A stretch of DNA of 63,160 bases, the filler included, from Chiloscyllium plagiosum (Eukaryota): assembly GCF_004010195.1 (NCBI RefSeq). It is 4 parts of one record of this genome, joined end to end, with 100 filler letters (N's around TTAATTAATTAA, not from the genome) between each part and the next. Parts side by side here need not be neighbours in the genome. Positions count along the whole stretch, not along the records: positions 1 to 28,440 come from NC_057710.1; positions 28,541 to 51,404 come from NC_057710.1; 2 more parts are not named here. The stretch is one strand, 5' to 3'. The notes beneath the pieces are model-generated. The model was not told the origin of the DNA. It saw only the letters and a program-made list of their open reading frames with translations, and searched no databases. A program made the position numbers and the translations under genes. This document shows positions 26,665-38,506 of this stretch, in pieces (within the stretch, counting starts at the first letter, position 1; each line of letters starts with the position of its first letter).

Positions 26665-27680
26665 GTCTTTCTTAGACTGGAGATGAGTTGAAAGTGGTAT
26701 TCCACAGGGACCAATGTTTGGACCTTTTCTTTTTCTGATTCAAATGATTTGAAGATGGGTGTTGAGGGCAAAATCTCTAAATTTGCAGATGGCATGAAGC
26801 TAGGTGGAGTAGTGAATTATAAGGATGATGCTGAGTAACTTCAGAGACACATTGACAAGTTGGCCAGTTGGACAGACACCTCGCAGATGAATTTCGATGC
26901 AGACAAATTTCAAGAGAGGCAACATGGAGAAACAATACAGGTTTAATGGTACAACATTGAGCTGAGTACGGGAGTTGAGGGATTTCGGGTTCGTGTGCAT
27001 AAGTCTCTGGATGTGGCCAGGCAAATTGAAACAGTTGTTAAGAAGGCTTACACCATCCTTGGATTTATAAATAGACCCACAGAGTATAAAAGCAAGGAAG
27101 TGACATCGACAAATCATTGAACAGAGCACATTTGGAGCATTGTGTTCAGTTCTGGACACATTATTTAAGGAATGATGTTAAAGCCCGGGAGAGATTTCAA
27201 AGGAGATTTATTAGAATTATACCAGGAATGAAGAATCTTTGATACATGGAATGATTAGAGAGATTGGGGTAGTCTCCTTGGAGCAGAGAAGGTTAACAAG
27301 TGATTTTATTGAGGTGTTCAAAGTTATGAACAGTTTTATCAGGGTAAAGAATGATGTTCTGCTTTCACTAGTTGGTATGTCAGTAACTAGGGATCACAAT
27401 TTCAAGATTGTCAGCAAGAGAGCTCGGAGTGAGAATAGGAGAAACTTCTTCATTCTTTACTCTTTACTGACTGAGGATCTGGAATGCACTGCCTGGGAGT
27501 GTGATGGAGACTAATTCCATTTGGGGTTTCAGATGAGAGCTGTATATATATTTGCAAATGATGAATTTAGAAGGCCACTATGATAGGGCTGGAGAATGGG
27601 CCAGTTTGGTAGCTGCTTTGGAGGCCAGTAGAGATGTGGACCAAATGGCCTCCTTCAGTGGTATAAAATTCTCTGGCTCT
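26665..27680 (+). mobile_element. Old CR1 RT/3' fragment
   Basis: Decayed PQG..GP, KFAD, HLEHCVQFW and LEQRRL motifs. Confidence 0.75.
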
Positions 27681-28080
27681 GTAATTCATGTATTGGAGTA
27701 ACTAGAGATACTCTACCCATATCCCAACTGTCCAATTCATCAGCCTCATTTGACTCTTCTTAACTCGTTTCTTCCTGGACGTTTGACGAACAAGATCTGC
27801 ATATACAAACATTTTCCAGCTTCTGAATCAATTATATTTCTTCCAGCTTGTATCTAAAATTATTTAGCAAGAGGACACTGCACAATTTATACTGTGCACA
27901 CTCCTGTTCCATTCAAGACAAGACAGTATATTGAAACTCTGGAGTATCTTCTCCCGTTTATTCTCAATAAACTGTGTGTGTTGTCAGGGGACAATTCCTT
28001 CCGGGAATCCAAAAGCAGGAACAAAACTATGCAAATTTTAAAAAGTTTTGCATGTTGTTTATTCATCGGGAACATCGGGA

Positions 28081-28440
28081 ACGCTCTCGGTCAGATCCAC
28101 CAACGTCAAGCCGGTGTTCTTCTCCGACCACTGCCTCCTGCTGGCCGACTGTCACCTACAGCACGAGCAGTGGGCTGGTAAGGGAACGTGGAAGCTGAAC
28201 ACCAAGCTGTTGACCCCGGGAAACATTGAGGAGCTCAAGAGGGACTACGCAGGTTGGAGAACCGTGAAGCCCCTCTTTGAGTCCCCAGTGGACTGGTGGG
28301 AAACAGTAAAAGGGAACATCAAGAGGTTCTTCATCCTCAAAAGGTGTTCAGGAGGCGAGAGAGAGACGGGGAAAACTGTCCCAGCTCCAGGAAAGTATGC
28401 AGAACCAGCTCCTGCTGCAGACGATGGGGGTGGATATCAC
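28081..28440 (+). mobile_element. Tx1/L1-clade LINE ORF2 fragment (endonuclease C-terminus), cut by the spacer
   Basis: VFFSDHCLL...GKGTWKLNTKLL...WWETVKGNIKRFF shows the SDH and WKLN motifs of L1/Tx1 APE endonucleases, with an abrupt rise in GC/CpG. Confidence 0.8.
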
Positions 28441-28540
28441 NNNNNNNNNNNNNNNNNNNNNNNNNNNNNNNNNNNNNNNNNNNNTTAATTAATTAANNNN
28501 NNNNNNNNNNNNNNNNNNNNNNNNNNNNNNNNNNNNNNNN
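28441..28540. other. Artificial assembly/concatenation spacer
   Basis: N44-TTAATTAATTAA-N44, identical in all three gaps. Confidence 0.97.
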
Positions 28541-28599
28541 CCCTCCCCTAAGCCCCTCCTCCCTACCTTTTATCTTAGCCTGCTTGGCACACCCTCCTC

Positions 28600-28635
28600 A
28601 TTCCTGAAGAAGGGATTATGCCCGAAACGTCGATT
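28600..28635 (+). ncRNA. Minimal hammerhead ribozyme motif (family H2) in a PLE 3' fragment (28541-28729)
   Basis: AUUC CUGAAGA A GGG AUUAUG CCC GAAA CGU C GAUU. Stem III is the palindrome ACGU, the cleavage triplet is GUC and stem I is weak. Confidence 0.65.
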
Positions 28636-28729
28636 CTCCTTCTCCTTTGATGCTGCCTGACCTGCTGCGCTTTTCCAGCAACACATTTTTAAACTCTGAT
28701 TCCCAGCATCTGCAGTCCTCACTTTCTCA

Positions 28730-30116
28730 AAGGTGGATAAATCCCCAGGACCTGATCAGGTGTACCTGAGAACTCTGTGGGAAGCTAGAGAAGTGAATAC
28801 TAGGCCTCTTGCTGAGATAATTGTATCATCGATAGTCACAGGTGAGGTGTCGGACGACTGGAGGTTGGCAAACGTGGTGCCACTGTTTAAGAAGGGCGGT
28901 AAAGACAAGCCAGGGAACTATAGACCGGTGAGTCTGACCTCGGTGAGGGGCAAGTTGTTGGAAGGAATCCTGAGGGACAGGATGTACATGTATTTGGAAA
29001 GGCAAGGACTGATTCGGGATAGTCAACATGGCTTTGTGCATGGGAGATCATGTCTTACAAACTTGACTGAGTTTTTTGAAGAAGTAACAAAGAAGATTGA
29101 TGAGGGCAAAGCAGTAGATGTGATCTATATAGACGTCAGTAAGGCGTTCGACAAGGTTCCCCATGGGAGACTGATTAGCAAGGTTAGATCTCATGGAATA
29201 CAGGGAGAACTAGCCATTTGGATACAGAACTGGTTCAAAGAAAGAAGACAGAGGGTGGTGGTGGAGGGTTGTTTTTCAGACTGGAGGCCTGTGACCAATG
29301 GAGTGCCACAAGAATCAGTGCTGGGTCCTCTACTTTTTGTCATTTACATAAATGATTTGGATGTGAGCATAAGAGGTACAGTTAGTAAGTTTGCAGATGA
29401 CACCAAAATTGGAGGTGTAGTGGACAGCGAAGAGGGTTACCTCAGATTACAACAGGATCTGGACCAGATGGGCCAATGGGCAGAGAAGTGGCAGATGGAG
29501 TTTAATTCAGATAAATGCGTGGTGCTGCATTTTGGGAAAGTAAATCTTAGCAGGACTTACACACTTAGTGGTAAGGTCCTAGAAAGTGTTGGTGAACAAA
29601 GAGACCTTGGAGTGCAGGTTCATAGCTCCTTGAAAGTGGAGTCGCAGGTAGATAGGATAGTGAGGAAGACATTTTGAGCTTCAGGGAGAGGCTGAACATG
29701 CTGGGGCTGTTTTCCCTGGAGTGTTGGAGGCTGAGGGGTGACCTTTTTGAGGTTTATAAAATTATGAGGGGCATGGATAGGATAAATATGCAACGTCTTT
29801 TCCCTGGAGTAGGGGAGTCCAGAACTAGAGGGCATAGGTTTAGGGTGAGAGGGGAAAGATATAAAAGAGACCTACCGGGCAACTTTTTCACGCAGAAGGT
29901 GGTCCGTGTATGGAATGAGTTGCCAGAGGATGTGGTGGAGGCTGGTACAATTGCAACATTTAAGAGGCATTTGGATGGGTATATGAATAGGAAGGGTTTG
30001 GAGGGATATGGGCAGGGTTCTGGCAGGTGGGACTAGATTGGGTTGGGATATCTGGTCGGCATGGTTGGGTTGGACTGAAGGGTCTGTTTCCATGCTGTAC
30101 ATCTCTATGACTCTAT
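28730..30116 (+). mobile_element. Young CR1 family B with a 314-codon open RT segment and an internal deletion at ~29672
   Basis: ORF 28733-29677 runs KSPGPD...NYRPVSL...SKAFDKV...PQESVLGP...FADDTK, followed by the 3' ORF remnant and tail. Confidence 0.92.
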
Positions 30117-30605
30117 GCCCTGAATAGGCTGGACATGGAGAAGATGTTTCCAGTAGTAAGAGCAACAATGATCTGAGGGCACAGTCTCAAAATGAATGGA
30201 CAATCATGTAGAACATAGGAGGTATAGTTAGTAAGTTTGCAGATGACACCAAAATTGGAGGTGTAGTGGACAGCGAAGAAGGTTACCTCAGATTAGAACG
30301 GGACCTTGATCAGATGGGCCACTGGACTGAGAAGTGGCAGATGGAGTTTAATATAGATAAATGTGAGGTGCTGCATTTTGGGAAAGCAAATCTTATCAGG
30401 ACTTCTACACTCAATGGTAAGGTCCTGGGGAGTGTTGCTGAACAAAGAGACCTTGGAGTGCAGGTTCATAGCTCCTTGAAAATGGAGTCGCAGGTATTAA
30501 GGATAGTGAAAAAGGCGTTTGTTTATTGGTCAGAGCGTTGATTATGGGAGTTGGGAGGTCATTTTGCAGCCATAAGGACATTGGTTAGACCACTTTTGGA
30601 ATACT
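30117..30605 (+). mobile_element. Further CR1 fragments
   Basis: FADDTK...WQMEFN..KCEVLHFG at 30213-30605. Confidence 0.8.
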
Positions 30606-30635
30606 GGTTACTACCTGAGCCATGTGCAAAGTAAT

Positions 30636-31075
30636 TTGGAGGCCAGTGTTGGACTGGAGTGCACAAAGTTAAAAATCACACAACACCAGGTTATTGTAAA
30701 ATAATCTTATTCTCCCCAATCACCTGATGAAGGAGCAGCGCTCTGAAAGCTAGAGCTTCCAAATAAACCTGTTGGACTATAACCTGGTGTTGTGTGATTT
30801 TTAACTTTGTGTAAAATGACAGGGTAAATTAGATTCGAAAAGTTGTGGCGCTGGAAAAAGCACAGCAGGTCAGGCAGAATCCAAGGAGCAGGAGAATGGA
30901 TATTTTGGGCATAAGCCCTTTATCAGGAATGTGGTCCTTCCTGAAGGTGGGCCCAACCCGAAATGTCGACCCTCTTGCTCCTCGGATGCTGCCTGACCGG
31001 CTGTGTTTTTTTTCCAGCACCACACTTTATAAACTCTGACTCTCCAGCCTCTGCAGTCTTCACTATCTCCTAAAA
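30636..31075. mobile_element. Two adjacent inverted-pair PLE-derived short elements: H1 (30636-30812, hammerhead at 30721-30755 +) and H2 (30830-31075, two decayed hammerheads)
   Basis: H1 reads CAC CUGAUGA A GGAGC AGC GCUCU GAAA GCU A GAG. The H2 arms ctggaaaaagcacagcaggtcaggcag and ctgcctgaccggctgtgttttttttccag are inverted repeats. Confidence 0.75.
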
Positions 31076-32329
31076 GATTAACTATAACCAAGTTATGTGA
31101 GGAATGAGCAGAAAATATCAGCAGAAGAGTGCACCAGAAAAAGTCAAAGCTTAGGGCTCTTCATTTAAATGCACACAGTATTTGTAACAAGAAACATAAA
31201 CTTATTGTAAAACAGAGAAAATAAAATTCTATTTTTAGTAGGCAATCCAGTTTTCAATTTCAAGTACTTAAGGAGAATAGCAATCAATTATTAACATAAC
31301 ATTCATGTTAAGTTCCACAATGAGCACTACAGAGTAGTACAGAAAGGAAACCTTGCTGCCTTTAAAAAGAACATGATGTACAATTCTGGGGACATGTCAC
31401 TGGACCCGAGATATTAACTCTGAGTATTCTCCACAGATGCTGCCAGACCTGCTGAGCTTTTCCAGCAATTTCTGTTTTTGATTCGGATGAGCACATGAAT
31501 TGTCATAACATTCAAAGTTATGGACCAAGTTCTAGAAAATGGGATTGTGAAAATAGGTTGGTGTAGATTCGATGGCTTGAATGGCCTCTTCTTTGCTGTA
31601 TGACTGTGTATGGGGATAGCGTTGCAAAATCACAATGAGTTGGATGATCAAACATGACTTAGAAGGGCTGACCTGACTTGAGGGGCTAAAGAGGCTAATC
31701 ATGCTCCTACCATTTCCTACCTTCCTATGAAGTGGAAAATATTGCAGGGCCACAGAGATAAGAAATGGAGTGAAACTTTGATGAGTTGCTGTTGTAGACA
31801 GCAGGCAAAGACACAATAAGCCAAATGGCCTACTCACTTGTGATAACCTTCTACAGTACAACTTTATACTATTCATTAAATTTAGGCTCCCTGGCATATG
31901 AAAAATGGTCCAGTCTCAAAAACGAGAATGGTTCATCAGGTTGCTTTTACATTTATGTAATTACAATGTCTATGCTAGACCAAACTGTCTGTCTCGTAAA
32001 CCTATAACTATAATTTATCCATTTAATCCCTCAAGTATTTCATACTCTTACTGTAAGCTTTTAATGTGAAGCTCTTTCAGAAATCATTTCAACAATTGTG
32101 TCAGCAGTTTCTTCTTCATTCATGGAATGCGGACACCAGTGACCTCAGCATTTGCGGTCCATCTCCTGATGCCTCTGAAAAGGTTTGAGGGGGAGGTGGA
32201 GATGGGGTGGTGAGCTACCTTTTTTGAACCACTGAAGCCCATTTGGTGTAGAATACCTCTCCAATGCTGTTGGGTTGGGAATTCTAAGATTTTGACACTA
32301 AAGAAAAAGTAAAGAAAAATCATATAATG

Positions 32330-33200
32330 TAGGCAAAGTCAATGAATTCAGACTCCAGCAAGGGAAGATTAAAAAGATCATAGAGACAGAGAAAATCAAC
32401 TATGAGGGCAAACAAGCAAAGGATACAAAAACTGTCAAGAGCTCCTTTAAATAGATAAAAAGGAAGAGAGAGGTCAAAGTGAACACAGGCCCCTTAGAAA
32501 ATGAATCTGGAAAGACTGTTTTGGGGAACAAGGAAATGGCAGAGAAGTTAAATCAGTCATTAGGTGGAAGATACTTTGATCATTCTACTAACCCTAAATG
32601 TTAACCAAGTCTGCCAAATGGACAGGATCTGACTGGTCCCAGTGGATACCATTCTGAGCATCAGTGAGCAGGTTCTTGCTATGCAAATGCTGCTTGAAAG
32701 TGTTTTTAATCACTTGACTGATAATTGAACGATATTGAAGGGGCAGTAATTGGCTGGATTGAATTTTACCTGTTTTTTTGTACATGGGAAATAACTGGAC
32801 AGTTGTCCACATTGTCAGATAGATTTCAGTGTTGTAGATGCACTGGAAAAGCTCGGCTCAGGCAACATCCTGGAGGACGTGTGTTCAGTACTATTCTACC
32901 AACATCACTAAATAAGTAGTATGAGACAATGTAATGGGGTTAGAGACAAACAAGTGCCCTGACCCTAATGGCTTGCATCTTAGGATTTTAAAAGAAGTAG
33001 CAACAGACAGTGTGGATGCATTGGTTGTAATTTTCCAAAATTCATTGGATTCTGGAGAAGGACTAGAGAGTTGGAAAACTGTTAATGTGACAGCCTCTAT
33101 TGAGAAAGACAGGAAGGCACAAAGTGGGTAACTGCAGGCTAATTAACCTAATATTTATTGTTGGAAAATTATCCAATCAAGCAGAGTCAGCTTGGCTTCA
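32330..33200. mobile_element. Decayed CR1 (+) interrupted by a CR1/L2-clade RT fragment (-, ~32595-32880)
   Basis: Plus strand: KCPDPNGLHLRILKE...WKTVNV. Minus strand: KQHLHSKNLLTDAQ.G. Confidence 0.55.
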
Positions 33201-33486
33201 TAAGACCATAAGGAAAGGAGCAGAATTACACTATTTGGCCCATTGAGTTTGCTCTGTCATCTGATGACGGCAGATATGTTTCTCAAACCCATATGTTTCC
33301 AGACTCCTCATGATGAAAATTTAAACCCCTATTGCACTTCAGAGTAATTGTTTACACTAGATTTAATTACAGATAAAGATGTTGACTAGAGATCACTTCT
33401 AAGGCTTCTAAAGGCTATGACGTCGGACAAAAGAAACTCCCACTTGAAAGACAATTGATTGATAAATGACAGAGAAAACAGGTTTC

Positions 33487-33810
33487 ATAGAATCCCTGCA
33501 GCGTCAAAGAGGCCATTCGGCCCAAAGATTCTGCACCAACTTCCAAACAACATCCCACCCAGAACCAATCTCCCATCCTTTCCCTGTAACCCTGCATTTA
33601 CCATGCTAATCCACCTAGCCTGCACATCCCTGGACACGATGGGTCAATTTAGCACAGTCAATCTACCTAACCTGCACATCTAATGATTGTGGGAGTACCC
33701 AGCAGAAGCCCATACAGGGAGTTCTTGTGAACTCCACACAACCACCCAAGGGTGTAATCGAGCCCATGTCCTTGGTGCTGTGAGGCAACAGTGTTAACCA
33801 CTGTTCCTCC
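33487..33810 (-). mobile_element. HE1-like SINE (degenerate)
   Basis: Homologous to the other SINE copies, with a tRNA-like head at ~33755-33810. Confidence 0.7.
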
Positions 33811-33984
33811 AGGCAATCTTGTTAAAGGTAGATCCAGAGCTGTTTGATTAAATAGCAAGGAAATTTGAGAGTTGGAGTTGAACTTTCAAAGGATTGTAAG
33901 AAGTGCGAGACAAAATTGAAATCAGCAATATAAATAAGGCTGTGACAGCATTAATATGAAAATAGCTAAAAGATAAAATTCAAT

Positions 33985-34935
33985 GCCCTCATAATTCTAA
34001 ATTTATCACAGCACAACTTCCTGATCATCCCTAACACTACTGCAGTACAATACCCTCATCATTCTTACATTATTGTAGTGCCACTCCCTCTTCATTCTAA
34101 TGTTACTAGAACCCAACTCCCTCATCATTATGATATCACAACAGCATAATTCACCCACCAACATTACTGCAGCTCAGAAATCCTCATTATACTAACATTA
34201 TGCTCAGTGGTTAGCACTGCTGCCTCACAGCGCCAGGGACCCGGGTTCGATTGCCACCTCGGGTTATGCTCAGTGGTTAGCACTGCTGCCTCACAGCGCC
34301 AGGGACCCGGGTTCGATTGCCACCTCGGGCAACTGTCTGTGTGGAGTTTGCATATTCTCCCTATTTCTGCATGGGTTTCCTCCAAGTGCTCCAGTTTCCT
34401 CCCACAGTCCAAAGATGTGCAGGTTAGCTGAGTTGACCATGCTAAATTGCTCATAGTGTTCAGGAATTTGTTGATTAGGTGCATTAGTCAGGGGAAATAT
34501 AGAGCAATAGGGTAGGGCAATAGGTCTGGGCAGGATACTCTTTGGAGGATTGGTGTGGACTTGTTGGGCCGCATGGCTATTTCCACACTGTAGGGATTCT
34601 ATGATTCTATGATATTGCTACACCCCAACTCTTACCATTCTGACATTATCACAGCCCAACTCCTTTATTATTCTGACATCAACACAGCACGACTCCCTCA
34701 TCATTCTGACAATGCTACAGCACAAGTCCCTCACCCTTCCATTAATTCTACAGTACAACACCCTTATCATTTAAATACCACAGCACAACAGCCTCATCAT
34801 TCTAAACATGTCACAGCCTAGCACCATCATCAATCTAACATTACAATAGCCCACTACTCTCATTATTCTAACAATACTACAGCACAACTCTCTCATTGTT
34901 CTAACCTTACCCAATTACTTCATTATTCTGATATA
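33985..34935. repeat. Degenerate 33-bp minisatellite split by a SINE insertion (34198-34610)
   Basis: Unit is approximately cacagcacaactccctcatcattctaacattac. acagc recurs at 34651, 34684 and 34717. Confidence 0.8.
34198..34610 (+). mobile_element. HE1-like SINE with a tandemly duplicated 66-bp tRNA head
   Basis: A-box gctcagtggtt and B-box ggttcgattgcc both occur twice (34198-34263 = 34264-34329). The 3' tail gattctatgattctat is CR1-like. Confidence 0.88.
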
Positions 34936-35431
34936 ATTTCCCCGTTGGCACATTAAGTCTCTCAATACAATCTCTCATTACTTCCCTTCACTTTCTCATC
35001 ATGATTTGACATTGATTTCATCCCTTCTAATTTATTATCTTCCTCAGACCTTACTTCCTTCATTTGCCAATTTTTCAACATGAGCGAGAAACTGATGACT
35101 GTTCTGGTCACTCAGGGCTCAGATGGTACGTCTTCCCTCCACTCACACAATGAGCAATGTTGTGGGTCAATACATTTATTTGCAGGATGCAGGGGGGATG
35201 TTTAACTAATAGCACATTTGCTGATCAGACTAAAGCAAATTAGCATCTTTCTCAAGAAAACAAATGCTTCCATTCTTGTTTCTGACCGTTGTGGAAGCCA
35301 TTTTATATGAAATTCTATACATTATTACCTATTGTGCGAAAACGCTTGCATAAGTAATGTTAGTTAAAACCCCACACATTTACATTGCTGGAATGGTTGA
35401 GTGAAAGGAAAGCAATGGATTCTGTTTAAGA

Positions 35432-36058
35432 ATAAGGTCCTAGGGAGTGTTGCTGAACAAAGAGACGTTGGAGTGCAGGTTCATAGCTCCTTGAAAGTGG
35501 AATCGCAGGTAGATAGGATAGTGAAGAAGGCATTTGGTATGCTTTCCTTTATTGGTCAGAGTATTGAGTACAGGGGTTAGGAGGTCATGTTGCAGCTGTA
35601 CAGATCATTGGTTAGGCCACTGTTTGAATATTGTGTGCAATTTTGGTCTCTTTCCCATCGGAAAGATGTTGTGAAACTTGAATGGGTGAAAAAGTGTGAA
35701 TAAAATTACAAGGCTGTTGCCAGGGTTGGAGGATTTGAGCTATAGAGAGAGGCTATACAGGCTGGGGCTGTTTTCCCTGGAACATCGGAGGCTGAGGGGT
35801 GACCTTATAGAAGTTTACAAAATCATGAGGGGCATGGATAGGATAAGTAGACAAAGTCTTTTCCCTCGGGTGTGGGAGTCCAGAACTAGGGGGCATAGGT
35901 TTAGGGTGAGAGGGGAAAAGTATAAAAGAGACCTAAGGGGCAACTTTTTCACGCAGAGGGTGGTACGTGTATGGAATGAGCTGCCAGAGGAAATGGTGGA
36001 GGCTGGTACAATTGCAACATTTAAGAGGCATTTGGATGGGTATTTGAATAGGAAGGGT
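35432..36058 (+). mobile_element. CR1 family B 3' ORF2 fragment
   Basis: LPGLEDLSYRERL...RRLRGDLIEVYKI...FFTQRVVRVWN. Confidence 0.9.
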
Positions 36059-36474
36059 ATTTTTAAAATGTATACTGTTAAAAATAATACACTTACGATT
36101 TAATTTTGCATAGCAAGAAAGAAATTAATGAAACACATGTCATATGTTTCCTTGTGGACAAAAAGTGAAGTCACCATTGTCCCACACTAATAGACAGAGA
36201 CAATGGGTGGGCTAACCTGTGGGTTACCATGCCTCAGGTGAGGTTAAGCCGGCAGGACCTTTGTGATGACTTCAGCGAGAAGGAGAAATGAATCCACATT
36301 GTTGGTGCTGCTCTCCAACCTATTGTTCACTGAGATCATGGCAGATTTCTCCAATCCTCTTTCCAAACATTTCCCTGTAACCTTTGATTTCCTCACTGAG
36401 TAAATATCTTTCATGAATGTATTTAATGGCTCAGCCTGTACAACGCTCCGCAGTAAAGATATCCACTATCCTCT

Positions 36475-36577
36475 TCATCTGATGAAGGGGCAGCACTCCG
36501 AAAGCTTGTGATTTCAAATAAGCCTGCATTATAACCTGTCGTCTGACTTCTCACCTTGTCCATCCCAGTCATATCAT
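36475..36577 (+). mobile_element. Short H1-related element with a hammerhead (36476-36510), inserted in a minus-strand CR1 3' region
   Basis: CAU CUGAUGA A GGGGC AGC ACUCC GAAA GCU U GUG. 11-bp TSD cactatcctct at 36464-36474 and 36578-36588. Confidence 0.75.
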
Positions 36578-36935
36578 CACTATCCTCTGGGAGAAGAAAT
36601 TCTTCTTCATCCCTGTCTTTAGTGGGTAATCCGTCACTCTGAGATCATGTCCCCTTGTACTGGACTCTCCCAGAAGGGGGAACAATCTCTTATCATCTAT
36701 CTTAGCGAGCCCTTAAGAATCTTGAACAAAGGCAGAAATTGCTGCAGAAACACAGCAGACTGGCAGCATTTGCGGTGAGAGAAACAGAGTTAATGTTTGA
36801 GTTTTGTACGACCCTTCTTCAGAACTAGTTCAAAGTCAGTTCCAAAAAACAATCATGCTGGGGTTGAAAACATTAACTCTGTTTCTCTCTCCACAGTTGC
36901 TGCAAACGTGTTGACTTTCTCTGATATTTACTGTA

Positions 36936-37840
36936 CAAGAAGTTCTCTGACAACACGGGTTTCTGTAGTGTGATTTGGCTATAACATCGCTAAAGAATTA
37001 GGGAGTGGTATTTTGGAGAATGCTTGCCTCTGATTGGCAAGAGCATGATTCCGGCGGGGATTGGTTTGCACGCTTTGTTCTGCACATGTGCCATCATGCA
37101 CGCACAGATCTCTGTGCCGTTTGTGCCTGTGCTGATGTTCTTACCTTTTTGCACATGTGATGGTGTCTACACGTGCACGGCGTTGGTGCCGGTTTTTGTG
37201 CTGCTCTGCACATGCACAGAGGTCTCTGTGTTGCTCTGCACATGCACAGAGGTCTCTGTGCTGCTCTGCACATGCACAGAGGTCGCTGTGCTACTCTGCA
37301 CATGCACAGAGGTCTCTGTGCTGCTCTGCACATGCACAGAGGTCGCTGTGCTACTCTGCACATGCACAGAGGTCTCTGTGCTGCTCTGCACATGCACAGA
37401 GGTCTCTGTGCTACTCTGCACATGCACAGAGGTCTCTGTGCTGCTCTGCACATGCACAGAGGTCTCTGTGCTACTCTGCACATGCGTGATGTCAGCTGCT
37501 GACTGCAGCTTTCTGTGGAAGGTACTGTACAGAGAGCAACTTTCTGACATTTTCTAAATGTACTGTATAAAATTTACTTTTATTTCGTTAATGAATATGA
37601 TTCCAATCTTCATTCCAACTGTGCTATACTTTGCATTAGACTTTTGGGCGATTTTTGAGCGATTGTGAATGACATTTTTTGCTGGTCTGCTCTTAACCCC
37701 TCTTTTCCCAAAGTTCCATTATTTATATTTAGTGATTTTCTATTAAGTGAGGTTTCGCTGGAACGCAATTGCATTTAGTGATTTTCTATTAAGTGAGGTT
37801 TCGCTGGAACGCAATTGCGGTGTTATAGAAGATCTACCTG
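36936..37840. mobile_element. Non-autonomous Tc1/mariner (Tigger-like) DNA transposon with an internal 30-bp minisatellite
   Basis: TA at 36934-36935 and 37841-37842. Imperfect TIRs caagaagttctctgacaacac / gtgttatagaagatctacctg. The host sequence rejoins cleanly across the TA. Confidence 0.75.
37201..37485. repeat. 30-bp minisatellite, ~9.5 copies (ctgctctgcacatgcacagaggtctctgtg)
   Basis: Direct tandem periodicity, with degenerate units upstream to ~37075. Confidence 0.97.
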
Positions 37841-38377
37841 TATTTGTTTCAGATTTTCAGCATCTGCACTATACTTCTTTTATTCCTTAAGAATCTTGCA
37901 TGCTTTAATAAAGTCACCCCTCATCCTTCTAAAGTCCAGTAAGTACAGGTCCAATCTACTCAACCTCACACCCGGGATCAACCTAGTGACCCTTCTCTCT
38001 GCTGCATCTAATGCCGCTTTGTCTCTCCTTAGATAAGGGAGCCAAAATTGTTCACAAGATTCTAGGTGTGGTCTAACTAATGCCTTGCATTAATTTATTG
38101 CAAAGGAATGGATCATAAATGTCAACATATCTTTTTTTTTCATTATTACCTACTGGACATGTATGCTCACTTGTTGTGATTTATGCGCAAGGACTCTGAA
38201 AAACCCTCTGTGTTTCAGCATTCCACGTTCCTTCTCTCTTTAAGCAATATTTAGTTTGCTCCTCTATTCTTCCTGCCAAAGTTCTTTAATCTTGTATTTT
38301 CACACATTATTTCCCATCTCCCAAATTTTTGCCTAGGTACTTAACCAGCCTATATCCCTCTGCAGACTCTGTGTCAA

Positions 38378-38506
38378 AAGTGAGTACTGCAGATGCTGGA
38401 AATCAGAGTTTAGATTAGAGTGGTGCTGGAAAACGTCGACTTTCCTGCTCCTCGGATGCTGCCTGATCTGCTGTGCTTTTCCTGCACCACTCTAATCTTG
38501 ACTCTG
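38378..38506. mobile_element. Inverted-pair H2 short element
   Basis: Arms cagagtttagattagagtggtgctggaaaa and ttttcctgcaccactctaatcttgactctg. Confidence 0.7.

Larger units (their letters stand above)
36725..37884. mobile_element. Inverted-pair PLE-derived element (H3) containing a nested DNA transposon
   Basis: 14-bp TSD ccttaagaatcttg at 36711-36724 and 37885-37898. Inverted arms gagagaaacagagttaatgttt / aaacattaactctgtttctctc. Confidence 0.75.

Noticed and set aside
28485..28496. TTAATTAATTAA palindrome inside N runs (also 51449-51460 and 58301-58312)
   Set aside because: Identical artificial spacer with stops in all frames, not biological. Continuity across these joins is unproven.
28733..29677. 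314-aa reverse transcriptase ORF as a functional gene
   Set aside because: It is a 5'-truncated CR1 with an internal deletion, lacking the endonuclease and a promoter.
34198..34330. tRNA genes (A/B boxes here and at 18945, 45830, 51757, 60215)
   Set aside because: These are tRNA-derived SINE heads; all but the 18945 fragment continue into the SINE body, and I found no complete cloverleaf.
37024..37557. Cys-rich repeat ORF (VLLCTCTEVS)n resembling a metallothionein or keratin-associated protein
   Set aside because: The 30-bp minisatellite is open in nearly all frames on both strands and lies inside a MITE.
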